A stretch of 64,000 nucleotides of DNA from the NCBI GenBank assembly GCA_964647595.1, contig CAZYGH010000015.1:1-64000 (forward strand), read 5' to 3'. The notes under the pieces are model-generated. The model was not told the origin of the DNA, did not search any database, and worked only from the letters and a program-made list of their open reading frames with translations. This stretch comes from an uncultured Verrucomicrobiota bacterium. Lineage in GTDB: Bacteria; Verrucomicrobiota; Kiritimatiellia; CAIQIC01; Lenti-01. Positions within the stretch are counted from its first letter, which is position 1. Every line of letters begins with the position of its first letter. Shown here in pieces: positions 1-9,942 of the stretch. Made by a program: the position numbers and the translations under genes.

Positions 1-1010
1 AGGATGCTCCAAGGGCGTTCGCCTTCGATTTCGCCGCTGTCCGCGTTGATCACCACATTGAAGAGCTTGCCCTTGTAATTATAAATGGTGAACCAGATCG
101 GTAGCAGGACGTATTTGAAGGTGATGTCGTTATAGGCGGTTTTCTTTTCGTGGATGCGCTGCTTGTCGCCGCCGATCTCGCGGTGGATGGCACTGGTGAT
201 CGCCTCTTCTATTTGTTCGCGGGCGTTTTCGGAGGCGTCGCGCACGTCCACGGTATAGCTCTCCGCGTGGAATCCGGCGATGTAGGCTTCGTTGTATTCC
301 ACCATGCCGTTCAGGTTCCATTTGTTCAACTGGCGGGTCAGGCCATCCGGCAGCGAATGGCTTCCGGGAACCAGCAGATCGTCAAAATTCTTTTGAATGG
401 TGCCGGATTTGGGCGTCCAATGGGTCTCGGTCCGATAGGTGGTGTTGCCCTTGGCATCTTTGCCGCTGGCCACCCGGCGGCTGTCTCCGCGCTCGCCGCG
501 GTACCAGGTGGAAGTCCAGGCGTCAAATGTCCAGAAGGGGAAGTAGATGCCTTTGAGCTGGCCACTGGCATAGGCCAGGCGCTTGAACCCGACCGGCGCG
601 AACCACAATCCCTTGAGCCAAACCTCCAGCTTCTGATTGGATTGCTCCTTGGCCAGCTTGAAGGGCAGCACATACTGTGGAGCCATCACCTTCTGGGTCT
701 GGGCGGGCACCTGCAATTGGGCACCGCAAAAATCGCAGAACCCGGCGGTCACGCTCGGCTGCAGTGTGGTCTCCCCACCGCATGTGGCGCACTTGACCAG
801 CTTGACTTCCTGCCCGGTTGCGCCGAGGTTTTCCTCGTATTGCTGCAAATACTCGTTGAAGTTGATTTCCTTTTGCTCGCTGGCGCTGACGGGGCCTTGG
901 CCTTGGATTTCGTTGGCGCAGCCGCAATAAGAACAAACCAGACTGGTGGTGCCAACGCCGAACCCCAGTTCCGCGCCGCACTGCTTGCATTTGAATTTCG
1001 GCGGATTCAT
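1..1010 (-). CDS. Zinc-ribbon domain protein, partial (runs off the left edge); possible YdjG/YdjH-like partner of the adjacent SPFH protein
   Basis: Minus-strand frame starting at ATG 1008-1010 reads MNPPKFKCKQCGAEL...CSYCGCAN...CATCGG...CDFCGAQL, two tandem CxxC...CxxC zinc-ribbon modules followed by a conserved-looking domain (KGIYFPFWTFDAW). No stop falls inside the window. It sits 10 bp downstream of the SPFH gene on the same strand. Confidence 0.5.
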   Translation of the reverse strand, partial: MNPPKFKCKQCGAELGFGVGTTSLVCSYCGCANEIQGQGPVSASEQKEINFNEYLQQYEENLGATGQEVKLVKCATCGGETTLQPSVTAGFCDFCGAQLQVPAQTQKVMAPQYVLPFKLAKEQSNQKLEVWLKGLWFAPVGFKRLAYASGQLKGIYFPFWTFDAWTSTWYRGERGDSRRVASGKDAKGNTTYRTETHWTPKSGTIQKNFDDLLVPGSHSLPDGLTRQLNKWNLNGMVEYNEAYIAGFHAESYTVDVRDASENAREQIEEAITSAIHREIGGDKQRIHEKKTAYNDITFKYVLLPIWFTIYNYKGKLFNVVINADSGEIEGERPWSI

Positions 1011-1020
1011 GCGGGTTCCT

Positions 1021-2157
1021 CTAGCTCATCGGAGGCGGCATGGGGGGCGGCATCGGAGGAGGCACTTGGGCAAATAGCGCCGCCAATTCGGGCACGGAGC
1101 CCGCCGCACTCCACCCCGGCATGCCCGCCGACCAGACCATAGTCGCCGCAGTCAATGCGCCCTGCCGGGCGTATTGCGCCAGCGTTTGGGCGTCAAACGG
1201 ACCAGCCTGCTGGTTGTTGATGACCGCGTGGAACATCTTTTGCATCGGGAGCGGCGGCGGGGCTGCAGGAGCCGCCTGGGGGGCCATCATGCCGGCGCCC
1301 ATCATTTGTCCCAGTCCAATGCCGGCGCCCACGCCGACTCCGGCGCCCGCGGCGCCCGAGGGATTGGCGGCGGCGGCCTTCAACGCTTCCAACTGCTGAA
1401 GCTGGGCAAAGTTGACCCCGGCGGCCTGAGCGGCCTGAGCTTCGGCGGAGAGATCGGCTATGCGGTTGATGCGCCGCATGGTGTCTTCGCAGAACTCCGT
1501 GCCCTCGATGCGGAAATCGGTGATCGTGAAACCCAGCGTCTGGAATTCCTTAGCCAGCTTGACCTTGCAACCCGCGGACAGTTCCTGCCGCTGGCGGTCG
1601 ATGTCCGCATAGCTGAACCCGGATTCGGCAAAATAATCGGTGAGCGGTTCCACGATGCGCGCGGACATCACACTGCGAAAATCGGAGAGATGGTAATCCG
1701 GTGCGGATCCAATGACGTTCACGAAAAATGCGCGGGCATCGGCGATTTGGAACGAGTAGTTGCCCCGGGCGCGCAGGGCAACGGGGAATTTATAAACGGG
1801 ATCGCTGTACTTGACCAGCGAGGAGGTTCCCCACTTCTGGTCGAGGATCTGGGTCTTCTTGAAGAAGTAGATGCCCACCTTGTGCTCGCTGACAAAGGCC
1901 TGCATGAACTTGGTGAGGGTGGTCCAGAAGGGAATGTTGGCGGTCCTCAGTTCGAAAACGCCTTCCTGTTCCCAAACAGCCTCAACCTTTCCCTCGTAGA
2001 CGAAAATGCAGCCCTGGCCGGGATTGACGATGAGTTTGGAGGCATTCTTAATTTCGTCGCCGCTGTCCGACCAGCGGTGGAACAGCACGTCGGGCTGCGG
2101 ATTGTCCCATTGAATGACTGACCGCAGTTGGTTTTTAATGGAATTGAACAAGCCCAT
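1021..2157 (-). CDS. SPFH/band-7 (stomatin-prohibitin-flotillin) domain protein with a C-terminal DUF4339-like GYF-type module and a Pro-rich tail
   Basis: 378-aa ORF. The central region matches the SPFH fold pattern of the COG4260/YdjI-like virion-core-protein family. The C-terminus GPFDAQTLAQYARQGALTAATMVWSAGMPGWS resembles the DUF4339 motif. It ends in a PPPMPPPMPPPMS tail. Confidence 0.65.
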   Translation of the reverse strand: MGLFNSIKNQLRSVIQWDNPQPDVLFHRWSDSGDEIKNASKLIVNPGQGCIFVYEGKVEAVWEQEGVFELRTANIPFWTTLTKFMQAFVSEHKVGIYFFKKTQILDQKWGTSSLVKYSDPVYKFPVALRARGNYSFQIADARAFFVNVIGSAPDYHLSDFRSVMSARIVEPLTDYFAESGFSYADIDRQRQELSAGCKVKLAKEFQTLGFTITDFRIEGTEFCEDTMRRINRIADLSAEAQAAQAAGVNFAQLQQLEALKAAAANPSGAAGAGVGVGAGIGLGQMMGAGMMAPQAAPAAPPPLPMQKMFHAVINNQQAGPFDAQTLAQYARQGALTAATMVWSAGMPGWSAAGSVPELAALFAQVPPPMPPPMPPPMS

Positions 2158-2243
2158 GATCCGTCCTCCTGTTGATAAACGTTTTGAAAAACGGTAATGG
2201 GGTTGACCGGCAAAGTCAACAGGCGACAGTCTTCGTGTTCCCT

Positions 2244-3752
<1,509 letters not shown>

Positions 3753-3867
3753 TTACTTGCGGCCAGAACCTAGCCACCCCCTCTCCCTCTGTCAAGCCCG
3801 CGCTACCACCCATTTCCCAACCCCTTTTCCCTCATGTGGTTAGTTGCCGCCGTTGTTGGCTCCCCCC

Positions 3868-3942
3868 GTTTTCCACAGAATGGAAAAATGTTTCTCGTTT
3901 TTTCCACACAATGGAAAAAATGTTTCCACAGTGTGGAAAACT
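3868..3942. repeat. Copy 1 of a dispersed 75-bp triple-palindrome element (TTCCACAnnnTGGAA modules)
   Basis: Reads GTTTTCCACAGAATGGAAAAATG...TTTCCACACAATGGAAAAAATGTTTCCACAGTGTGGAAAAC. Near-identical copies occur at 18367-18440 and 47079-47151. Confidence 0.8.
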
Positions 3943-4028
3943 CGGATGGTGAAGTTTCTCGGCAAATGCCCCACTCCAACCTCGACGACGGTTGACACTC
4001 CCCTGCCACCTTTGACAGTCTGCCGACC

Positions 4029-5018
4029 ATGAAAACACGGTTCATGAGGATTCGTTTCTATTGTTTGTATTTCGCGGTCGGCCTTGTATGGATGGGGGGC
4101 GCAACGGCAAGCGGTCAAAACGTATCCTGCCTCGGACAACTGGTGCCGGGCGAACGCGTTCTCATCCTTTCCGCGCCGCCCGATTCCATCGTGGGAGAGT
4201 TGCACGTCAAACGTAGCGACCGGGTGGAGAAGGGTGACGTTCTGGCAGTCTTGCGCGACCAGCCCACTCAAGCCGCCAAGCTCGAACTGGCCCTGCAGAA
4301 ACTCGAATCGGCCCGCATCGAATTTCACCGCATCCAAGCCGGCGAGCGCCCGGAAGCCATCGCAGCTCAGGAGTCCTTGATCGCCGCCCATCGCGCCGAG
4401 GCCGATCTGGCCGAACTCCGCCGTGGCCGCTTCGCGCAACTGTTGAAGGAAGCCTATTTGGAGCAGGACCGCTATGACGGACAGGTGGCCGAATTGGCCG
4501 TCCTGCAGGCTCGCATCCGTCACGAGGAAAGTGTGCTTGAGGGAATGCAATCGGGACGGAAGGAAGATGTCGCCCAAGCCGATCTGGGAGTCAAAATGGC
4601 CGAGGCCGAGGTGGCGGCCGCCCGTTCGGATTTGGAATTGCAAACCCTCCGCGCGCCGTGTGCAGGGGAAATCGTCGAGGTCCACGCTTGGCCCGGCGAA
4701 AGCACGGGTGCAAATGGGGCACTGGTAAGTCTGGCCGAAACCGACCGCATGAGGGTGCTGGCCGAGGTGCACGAAAACGATTTGTCGCGGGTGACCATAG
4801 GACAGCGGGCGCGCATCCGCGGCGCGGCCCTCCCTTTTGAATTCGAAGGAACCGTGGTGGAAATTGAACACGTCTTCGCAGACAGCCGCATGTTTGCGCT
4901 CGTCCCCGAGGTCTATGTGGATCGCCGCATCATGATGGTTCGCATTCAGCCGGACGATCCGGCCAAACTGGCCCCCTATTGTCAGGCACACGTCACCATC
5001 CTGATGGAAGCCCCATGA
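4029..5018 (+). CDS. HlyD/DevB-family membrane fusion (periplasmic adaptor) protein of an ABC exporter
   Basis: 329 aa with an N-terminal TM/signal segment, coiled-coil middle and beta-barrel C-terminus. Its stop overlaps the downstream permease start (ATGA at 5015-5018). Confidence 0.7.
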   Translation: MKTRFMRIRFYCLYFAVGLVWMGGATASGQNVSCLGQLVPGERVLILSAPPDSIVGELHVKRSDRVEKGDVLAVLRDQPTQAAKLELALQKLESARIEFHRIQAGERPEAIAAQESLIAAHRAEADLAELRRGRFAQLLKEAYLEQDRYDGQVAELAVLQARIRHEESVLEGMQSGRKEDVAQADLGVKMAEAEVAAARSDLELQTLRAPCAGEIVEVHAWPGESTGANGALVSLAETDRMRVLAEVHENDLSRVTIGQRARIRGAALPFEFEGTVVEIEHVFADSRMFALVPEVYVDRRIMMVRIQPDDPAKLAPYCQAHVTILMEAP

Positions 5019-6199
5019 ATCCACTCGGCGGGCTAAGAGACTTCTGGATGCCCGGCGGTATTCCATTGGCGTGGAGGCAGCTCATGGGCGAGAAGAAGCG
5101 CTTCGCCGTGGCCGTCGTCGGCGTGGCGTTCGGAGTCGTGCTGATGCTCTTTCAATTGGGCATCTTCCGCGCCTTCATGCTCATGGTGGTCCGTCCCATC
5201 GCCACTTGGCGGGGCGAGCTGGTCATGGTCAGCCGCGATTTCCAGTACATCATCGCAACCGAACCCTTTCCCGAACGCCGCCTCGTTCAGGCACAGGCGT
5301 TGCCCGAGGTCGGCAAGGTGTATCCGCTACGGCTCCGCTTTGGCCAGTGGCGGCATCCAGACACCGGCCGCCAATGCGATATTGCCCTGTTCGGCATCCG
5401 CCCCGACGCCAATCCCTTCGTCCTACCGGAAATCGAGGCGCAACTCGGGATTCTTTCGCTGGCCGACGGTGCGCTTTACGACGAGCTTTCCACCGCCGAT
5501 TATGGCGATGTTGCCGCGCGACTCCACCAAGATGGCGTGCTCATCGGCGAAATGAACAAGCGCCGGATCCGAGTGCTGGGACTGTTTTCTCTTGGTGAAA
5601 CCTTGGCCGCCTACGGCAACGTGATCGTCGGCGCAGAAACCTTCCAGCGGATTCAGGAACGAAAAGCCGACCTGATCGAACTGGGCATGATCGAGTTGGT
5701 GCCGGGCGCCGATGCGGCGGCGGTAGCTGCCCGCCTCAAAGAGTTGTTGCCGAAAGATGTCGACATCCTGACACGCGCAGAGCTGATGAGCCGCGAGCAA
5801 GCCTATTGGCAAGCCAACACGCCGCTGGGGTTCATCGTGACGGCAGGCCTAGTCATCGCTCTCTTCGTGGGCGCCATCATCGTCTATCAGATCCTCTACA
5901 CCGACATCAATGAGCACCTCCGGGAATACGCCACCCTCAAGGCCATGGGCATGAGCGATTTCTTTTTCATTCAAATCCTGTTGCAGGAGGCCTGCATTCT
6001 GCCCGCCTTCGGCTTCATCCCGGGCCTCGCCCTATCCGCCGGGCTGTTCTGGCTGGCGGAAACGGCCGGCAATCTGCCCACCCGACTCAATGTTTCCGAT
6101 ACCGCTTGCATTGCCGGATTGACCGTGGCCATGTGTCTCGTGGCTGGCCTCTGCGCCACCCGCCGCCTGCGGGCGGCCGAACCAGCAGACATCTTTTAA
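5015..6199 (+). CDS. ABC transporter permease, FtsX/DevC family
   Basis: Four TM segments with a large periplasmic loop, and the C-terminal FtsX-type TM bundle (…LKAMGMSDFFFIQILLQEA…). The start is ambiguous between 4979 and 5015. Confidence 0.7.
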   Translation: MNPLGGLRDFWMPGGIPLAWRQLMGEKKRFAVAVVGVAFGVVLMLFQLGIFRAFMLMVVRPIATWRGELVMVSRDFQYIIATEPFPERRLVQAQALPEVGKVYPLRLRFGQWRHPDTGRQCDIALFGIRPDANPFVLPEIEAQLGILSLADGALYDELSTADYGDVAARLHQDGVLIGEMNKRRIRVLGLFSLGETLAAYGNVIVGAETFQRIQERKADLIELGMIELVPGADAAAVAARLKELLPKDVDILTRAELMSREQAYWQANTPLGFIVTAGLVIALFVGAIIVYQILYTDINEHLREYATLKAMGMSDFFFIQILLQEACILPAFGFIPGLALSAGLFWLAETAGNLPTRLNVSDTACIAGLTVAMCLVAGLCATRRLRAAEPADIF

Positions 6200-6200
6200 C

Positions 6201-7451
6201 ATGGCCTCCGACCCTCTCATCTCCGTCTCCGATCTCTCCCACACCTTTGGAGAAGGTGCCGCCGCACGAACGGTGCTGAACCACGTCAGCGTTGATTTCT
6301 ATCCCGGCGAAATCACAATCGTGATGGGCCCCTCCGGCGCCGGCAAAACCACGCTGCTGACCCTGGCCGGCGCCCTGCGCTCCGTCCAGACCGGTAGCAT
6401 CCGCGTCGCTGGCTGCGAACTGCGCGGGGCGTCTGCCCTCGAGCGCCTCAGCGTACGTCGGAAAATCGGTTTCATTTTTCAGCATCACAACCTGTTGTCC
6501 TCGCTCACCGCACGCGAAAACGTCCAAACGGGATTGGCCCATCTGGCGGGTCTGGCACCTTCAGAAATCCATCGACGCGCGGGCCTGATGCTTCAGCGCG
6601 TGGGATTGGCCGGACACGAGGACAAGCGCCCCGACCAACTTTCCGGCGGACAGCGCCAACGTGTCGCCATCGCTCGAGCTCTCGTGCGCGAGCCCACTCT
6701 CATTTTGGCCGACGAACCCACCGCCGCCCTCGACAGTCATTCGGGGCGCGAAGTCGTCGATATCCTCCAAAAATTGGCCCGCGAGCAACACTGCGCCATC
6801 CTGTTGGTGACCCACGACAGCCGCATCCTGGACATCGCCGACCGAATGCTGACCCTCGAAGACGGCCACATTGAGGAAAGCCATTTCGCACTCGACCGCA
6901 TTCGCGCCCAGCTGGGGGACGCACTTTCCGCCATCGCCAACTATCCAGCCCAGTGGCTCGGGGACTCGCCAACCGAACAAAAATCCGACGCTCCACTCGC
7001 CCGGACTCATCTCGACAAGGCACGCAACGAGGCCTCCACGCTTTCTGCGCGTAGCCTGAACCCCGAACTGTCTCGCGCCGTCGACCGTCTCGAAAAAGCG
7101 GCCGGAAAAATTCACCAACTGGAAGAAGACGTCCGGCGGTTTCTTGATCGATCCACGTCGTTGGAAACTCCGAGCTTGAAAGAATCCGTGGATCCCCTGA
7201 ACCAAAGTTTGGAATTCCTGCTACTGGAAATGTCCAGCGCCTGGAAAACGAATTCGCGGGAGGATGTTGAACAACTGGCCCGCCTGACAGCCGACCGCGG
7301 CGACACAATGAATAGCCTGCGCCGCAAACGCCGCGAAACCCCACCTTCTTCATGGAGCGAAGAAACCTACGCCCGCTATTCCGACCTCACCGACCTGTTC
7401 GCCCGTATCGTCTTCTTCCTGCACACCCTAGTCCGCACGAAGGACGGATAA
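6201..7451 (+). CDS. ABC transporter ATP-binding protein (DevA/LolD/MacB-like) with an unusual ~190-aa C-terminal extension
   Basis: Walker [10 protein letters not shown], signature [15 protein letters not shown] and Walker [12 protein letters not shown] are all in the first ~225 aa. The remaining ~190 aa are predicted helical/coiled-coil with no recognisable domain. Confidence 0.8.
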   Translation: MASDPLISVSDLSHTFGEGAAARTVLNHVSVDFYPGEITIVMGPSGAGKTTLLTLAGALRSVQTGSIRVAGCELRGASALERLSVRRKIGFIFQHHNLLSSLTARENVQTGLAHLAGLAPSEIHRRAGLMLQRVGLAGHEDKRPDQLSGGQRQRVAIARALVREPTLILADEPTAALDSHSGREVVDILQKLAREQHCAILLVTHDSRILDIADRMLTLEDGHIEESHFALDRIRAQLGDALSAIANYPAQWLGDSPTEQKSDAPLARTHLDKARNEASTLSARSLNPELSRAVDRLEKAAGKIHQLEEDVRRFLDRSTSLETPSLKESVDPLNQSLEFLLLEMSSAWKTNSREDVEQLARLTADRGDTMNSLRRKRRETPPSSWSEETYARYSDLTDLFARIVFFLHTLVRTKDG

Positions 7452-7495
7452 GAAACGCGCCCCCCCCAGCCCTGATCGGGGCAGGGGTTCTGGAT

Positions 7496-7819
7496 TCACC
7501 CCACTTTCCCATCCACATGGTTCAGAATAGCTGAAGCCTCTTCGGCGTCCGATGGGGTCACCATAAGGCGGATGCCCGTTATCACATTCAGATTGGGAGT
7601 CATTCCCCCGCAGTCGTCCTTCTGGATGGTTGAGCCTATTCCGTGGGCTTCCAGAGTCATTTGGGCGACTTCTGCCAGCATGTTGTCGGGAAAGGTGGCG
7701 ATAGGGACTTGGGCTGGAGATGGCATATGGGGTTCTCCGTTGGTTAGGTATCCATGTTGACTAGGTTTCGGATTCGACAACTCTGCAAACGCTTTGGCCA
7801 CAGGTTTTGCATCTTCCAT
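7496..7819 (-). CDS. Hypothetical protein, weak DUF2007-like (putative signal-transducing) C-terminus
   Basis: 107-aa ORF in a lower-GC islet. The C-terminal RLMVTPSDAEEASAIL resembles DUF2007. It overlaps the next ORF, so one of the two may be mis-called. Confidence 0.3.
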   Translation of the reverse strand: MEDAKPVAKAFAELSNPKPSQHGYLTNGEPHMPSPAQVPIATFPDNMLAEVAQMTLEAHGIGSTIQKDDCGGMTPNLNVITGIRLMVTPSDAEEASAILNHVDGKVG

Positions 7820-7997
7820 TCAAGATCAGGTCCATTTGTATCATCTCTATGGATTCGAGCATCATCTCAACAGGAACAAGGCAATGGACACACCAAACAT
7901 TGGCCAGAATTGCTTCCCGTTCCAACTGCGGAAGATTTTCCCATCGTCTTTTTGCTTCTGGATCGAACGAAGTATTTGGCCGCATGGGCATAATCAT
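7761..7997 (-). CDS. Hypothetical small zinc-ribbon-like protein
   Basis: 78 aa with CxxC...(26)...CxxC spacing (CVHC ... CKTC). Lower GC than the flanks. Confidence 0.25.
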   Translation of the reverse strand: MIMPMRPNTSFDPEAKRRWENLPQLEREAILANVWCVHCLVPVEMMLESIEMIQMDLILNGRCKTCGQSVCRVVESET

Positions 7998-8178
7998 CTT
8001 CTTTACCCTTTCTTCTCAGGAGAGTCTTGTCGGCCCCAGTGGGATTACAATGGCCAAAGTGGTTGATCGGAGAATAGCGAAAACCGAGATGGGCGGCAAT
8101 TCGAGATGAGGCAGCAGACCATGTCCGGGAGCCGTTTTGTCTCGGGTTTGTTCGAGAGGCCGTTTTCTGGCTTTGAAA

Positions 8179-9069
8179 TCAGACCCCATCGCACCTCTTC
8201 CCGGTACGGGTCAATCGGCTGAAAATTGGTATGACCACGGCTTGAATCTCCTCCAGCGTCGAGGCAAAATCTTGGGGAACAGAATGAATGGGGTTCTTCC
8301 GTAGCATGGCGGTCCATTGGGCTTGCTTTGCCTTTGCAAATTCCTTGGAGAAACATACGGGATTGTTCGGGATATCTGTCCTGCGATGGGCGAAGGTCGC
8401 CGAAATGGCTTCTTGAAGCAGACCGGGATCGAGGGCGGTGTTGCTGAATAGGAGCCAGACGTCCAGAAAGTCTTTCATTCTGCTATTGAGTTCTCCCAAG
8501 AAAACCATGGCTTGAAGTTTTTCGGCTATCGCAGTTTCCACGGGATAGGCACGCAGGCGGGGTCTAGGCATTCCCAGCAACACGGGATAGTCAATCAAGG
8601 TGGGGGCGGGGGTAATGACGTCGCCGAATCCCACGTCCACCTGCATGGCAATTCGTGCTCGCCCCAGATACCCGCTGAACCGAGCACGCACTCCGGCGTA
8701 ATCGGCATCCTCCTTGATTCTCTCCGTCTTCATGGATTCAGCATCGAAACGCATTCCGTCGTCCGATACGGCATGGAGGCAGGCAGACTGAAGCAATTTC
8801 CGAACGCTCGCCTCCGAATTGTCGGACCAACCCATCAAATCAATATCGCGGGTCGGACGAAACGGCAGGTTGGCATGGGCCGTCAACAGCAGCGCCCCCT
8901 TCAGAACAAAATGCCTGGATGCCGGCGACTGGCCCAAACGATAGAGGAATCGCTCCATTGCGAAATATTGGAGCAATTCATTGAACAGGCGATTACGCTC
9001 CTTGGCAACGACCAGCAATCGATCATGAACGGAATGAACCCTGTGGATTGGTTTTTCGCTCCGAGTCAT
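8179..9069 (-). CDS. abiEii: AbiEii/AbiGii-family nucleotidyltransferase toxin (type IV toxin-antitoxin system)
   Basis: 296 aa of the DUF1814 nucleotidyltransferase fold (…HFVLKGALLL…DIDLM…). It overlaps the upstream antitoxin gene by 4 bp. Confidence 0.85.
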   Translation of the reverse strand: MTRSEKPIHRVHSVHDRLLVVAKERNRLFNELLQYFAMERFLYRLGQSPASRHFVLKGALLLTAHANLPFRPTRDIDLMGWSDNSEASVRKLLQSACLHAVSDDGMRFDAESMKTERIKEDADYAGVRARFSGYLGRARIAMQVDVGFGDVITPAPTLIDYPVLLGMPRPRLRAYPVETAIAEKLQAMVFLGELNSRMKDFLDVWLLFSNTALDPGLLQEAISATFAHRRTDIPNNPVCFSKEFAKAKQAQWTAMLRKNPIHSVPQDFASTLEEIQAVVIPIFSRLTRTGKRCDGV

Positions 9070-9704
9070 AGCGTCGCCTCCAGATAGGGTCTCATCGCGT
9101 TGTGGACTCGGCAGATTCGGGCGAAGCGCATCAGCTCATCGCCTCGAAACTTTTTCGCCCGATATCTACGAATCGCATCCAGCACCACATCCATGCCGAT
9201 CTTGTTGCGGTATTTGAAACAGTCGGCGATGGTCTTCTCTGGGCCATACAAACGTACCGAGTTTCCATCGATTTTATGGGTTTCAATTCCCTCCGAATAC
9301 GCCTGTCCCGTAAACCAATACAGATGCGTTGGCGGATATTCGAGGCGTGGAGGTTCAGACCCGCGAGGGAGAGCGAATTCAACTACATGGGGAACCTCGT
9401 CCGTCAGATCATGGAAGGCGAGCGCAGAGAGCAGGCAGATGACGGCACGAGGGATCTTACGAGCAACCGCAATCAGATCAGGCTGGGTATGCGGGGGATA
9501 ATCAACCAGACGATACAGCCCCCTTCCCATGGTTTGGATCACCCCTTGGTCCCGAAGCCGATAGAGCGTCGCCGGGAAAATTCCGTACGGCCTCGCCTCG
9601 ACAAAACGAAGGATTCCTCCATGAGTTCGGAAAACGCTGACAACTTCTTTTGTATCCGCAATCACTTTTCTATGGCTATGATCGTTTTTCATAGATACCA
9701 GCAT
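9066..9704 (-). CDS. abiEi: AbiEi-family antitoxin/transcriptional regulator (type IV toxin-antitoxin system)
   Basis: 212 aa with an N-terminal winged-HTH AbiEi_4-like region and a C-terminal AbiEi domain, in the canonical order with abiEii. A likely alternative start is MKNDHS at 9692, which would leave the palindrome at 9697-9722 just upstream. Confidence 0.85.
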   Translation of the reverse strand: MLVSMKNDHSHRKVIADTKEVVSVFRTHGGILRFVEARPYGIFPATLYRLRDQGVIQTMGRGLYRLVDYPPHTQPDLIAVARKIPRAVICLLSALAFHDLTDEVPHVVEFALPRGSEPPRLEYPPTHLYWFTGQAYSEGIETHKIDGNSVRLYGPEKTIADCFKYRNKIGMDVVLDAIRRYRAKKFRGDELMRFARICRVHNAMRPYLEATL

Positions 9705-9722
9705 ATATTAATTTATGCTGGT
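9697..9722. promoter_or_regulatory. Palindromic candidate operator at the abiEi start
   Basis: ACCAGCAT-atattaatt-ATGCTGGT, perfect 8-bp arms. AbiEi proteins are known to autoregulate through inverted repeats in their own promoter. Confidence 0.5.
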
Positions 9723-9892
9723 AAAATATTCCTTTTCCTTCATCTGTCAATGCACAATCCGAATGAGATATCCAAGCCCCAAGACAGCCCAAATTCCCGG
9801 TAAGGTTTTGGCAAGGATTTATGCCATTCTATGCATTCCTGTGCATCTCTCTGCAATTTTGATTATTTGCACAATCCATTGAAGGGCAACAA

Positions 9893-9925
9893 AAAGCCCC
9901 GAAACGGGGAGTTTCGGGGCGTTAG
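9893..9925 (-). terminator. Rho-independent terminator downstream of the fadL-like gene
   Basis: GCCCCGAAAC-ggggag-GTTTCGGGGC stem-loop. Read on the minus strand it is followed by a T-run (rc ...GGGGCTTTTTGTT). Confidence 0.6.
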
Positions 9926-9942
9926 CCTAAATGGGCTGAATT

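Noticed and set aside
150-1142. 330-aa plus-strand ORF across the first kilobase
   Set aside because: It is the antisense frame of the minus-strand zinc-ribbon gene. Its composition is Gly/Ala/Leu-rich and stop-free, typical of high-GC antisense, whereas the minus frame gives a coherent CxxC-containing protein.
2158-2243. GTTGAC-n7-GTCAAC inverted repeat between guaB and the SPFH gene as a regulator site
   Set aside because: Only 6-bp arms in a high-GC background; within chance expectation, no other support.
3840-5066. 408-aa minus-strand ORF overlapping the DevB-like gene
   Set aside because: It is antisense to a well-formed HlyD-family CDS and runs through the repeat element and promoter region; Arg/Gly-rich pseudo-protein.
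8045-8356. 103-aa minus-strand ORF just downstream of abiEii
   Set aside because: Cys/Ser/Pro-rich sequence without secondary-structure-like periodicity. It overlaps the 3' end of abiEii on the same strand in a different frame, so it is probably spurious.
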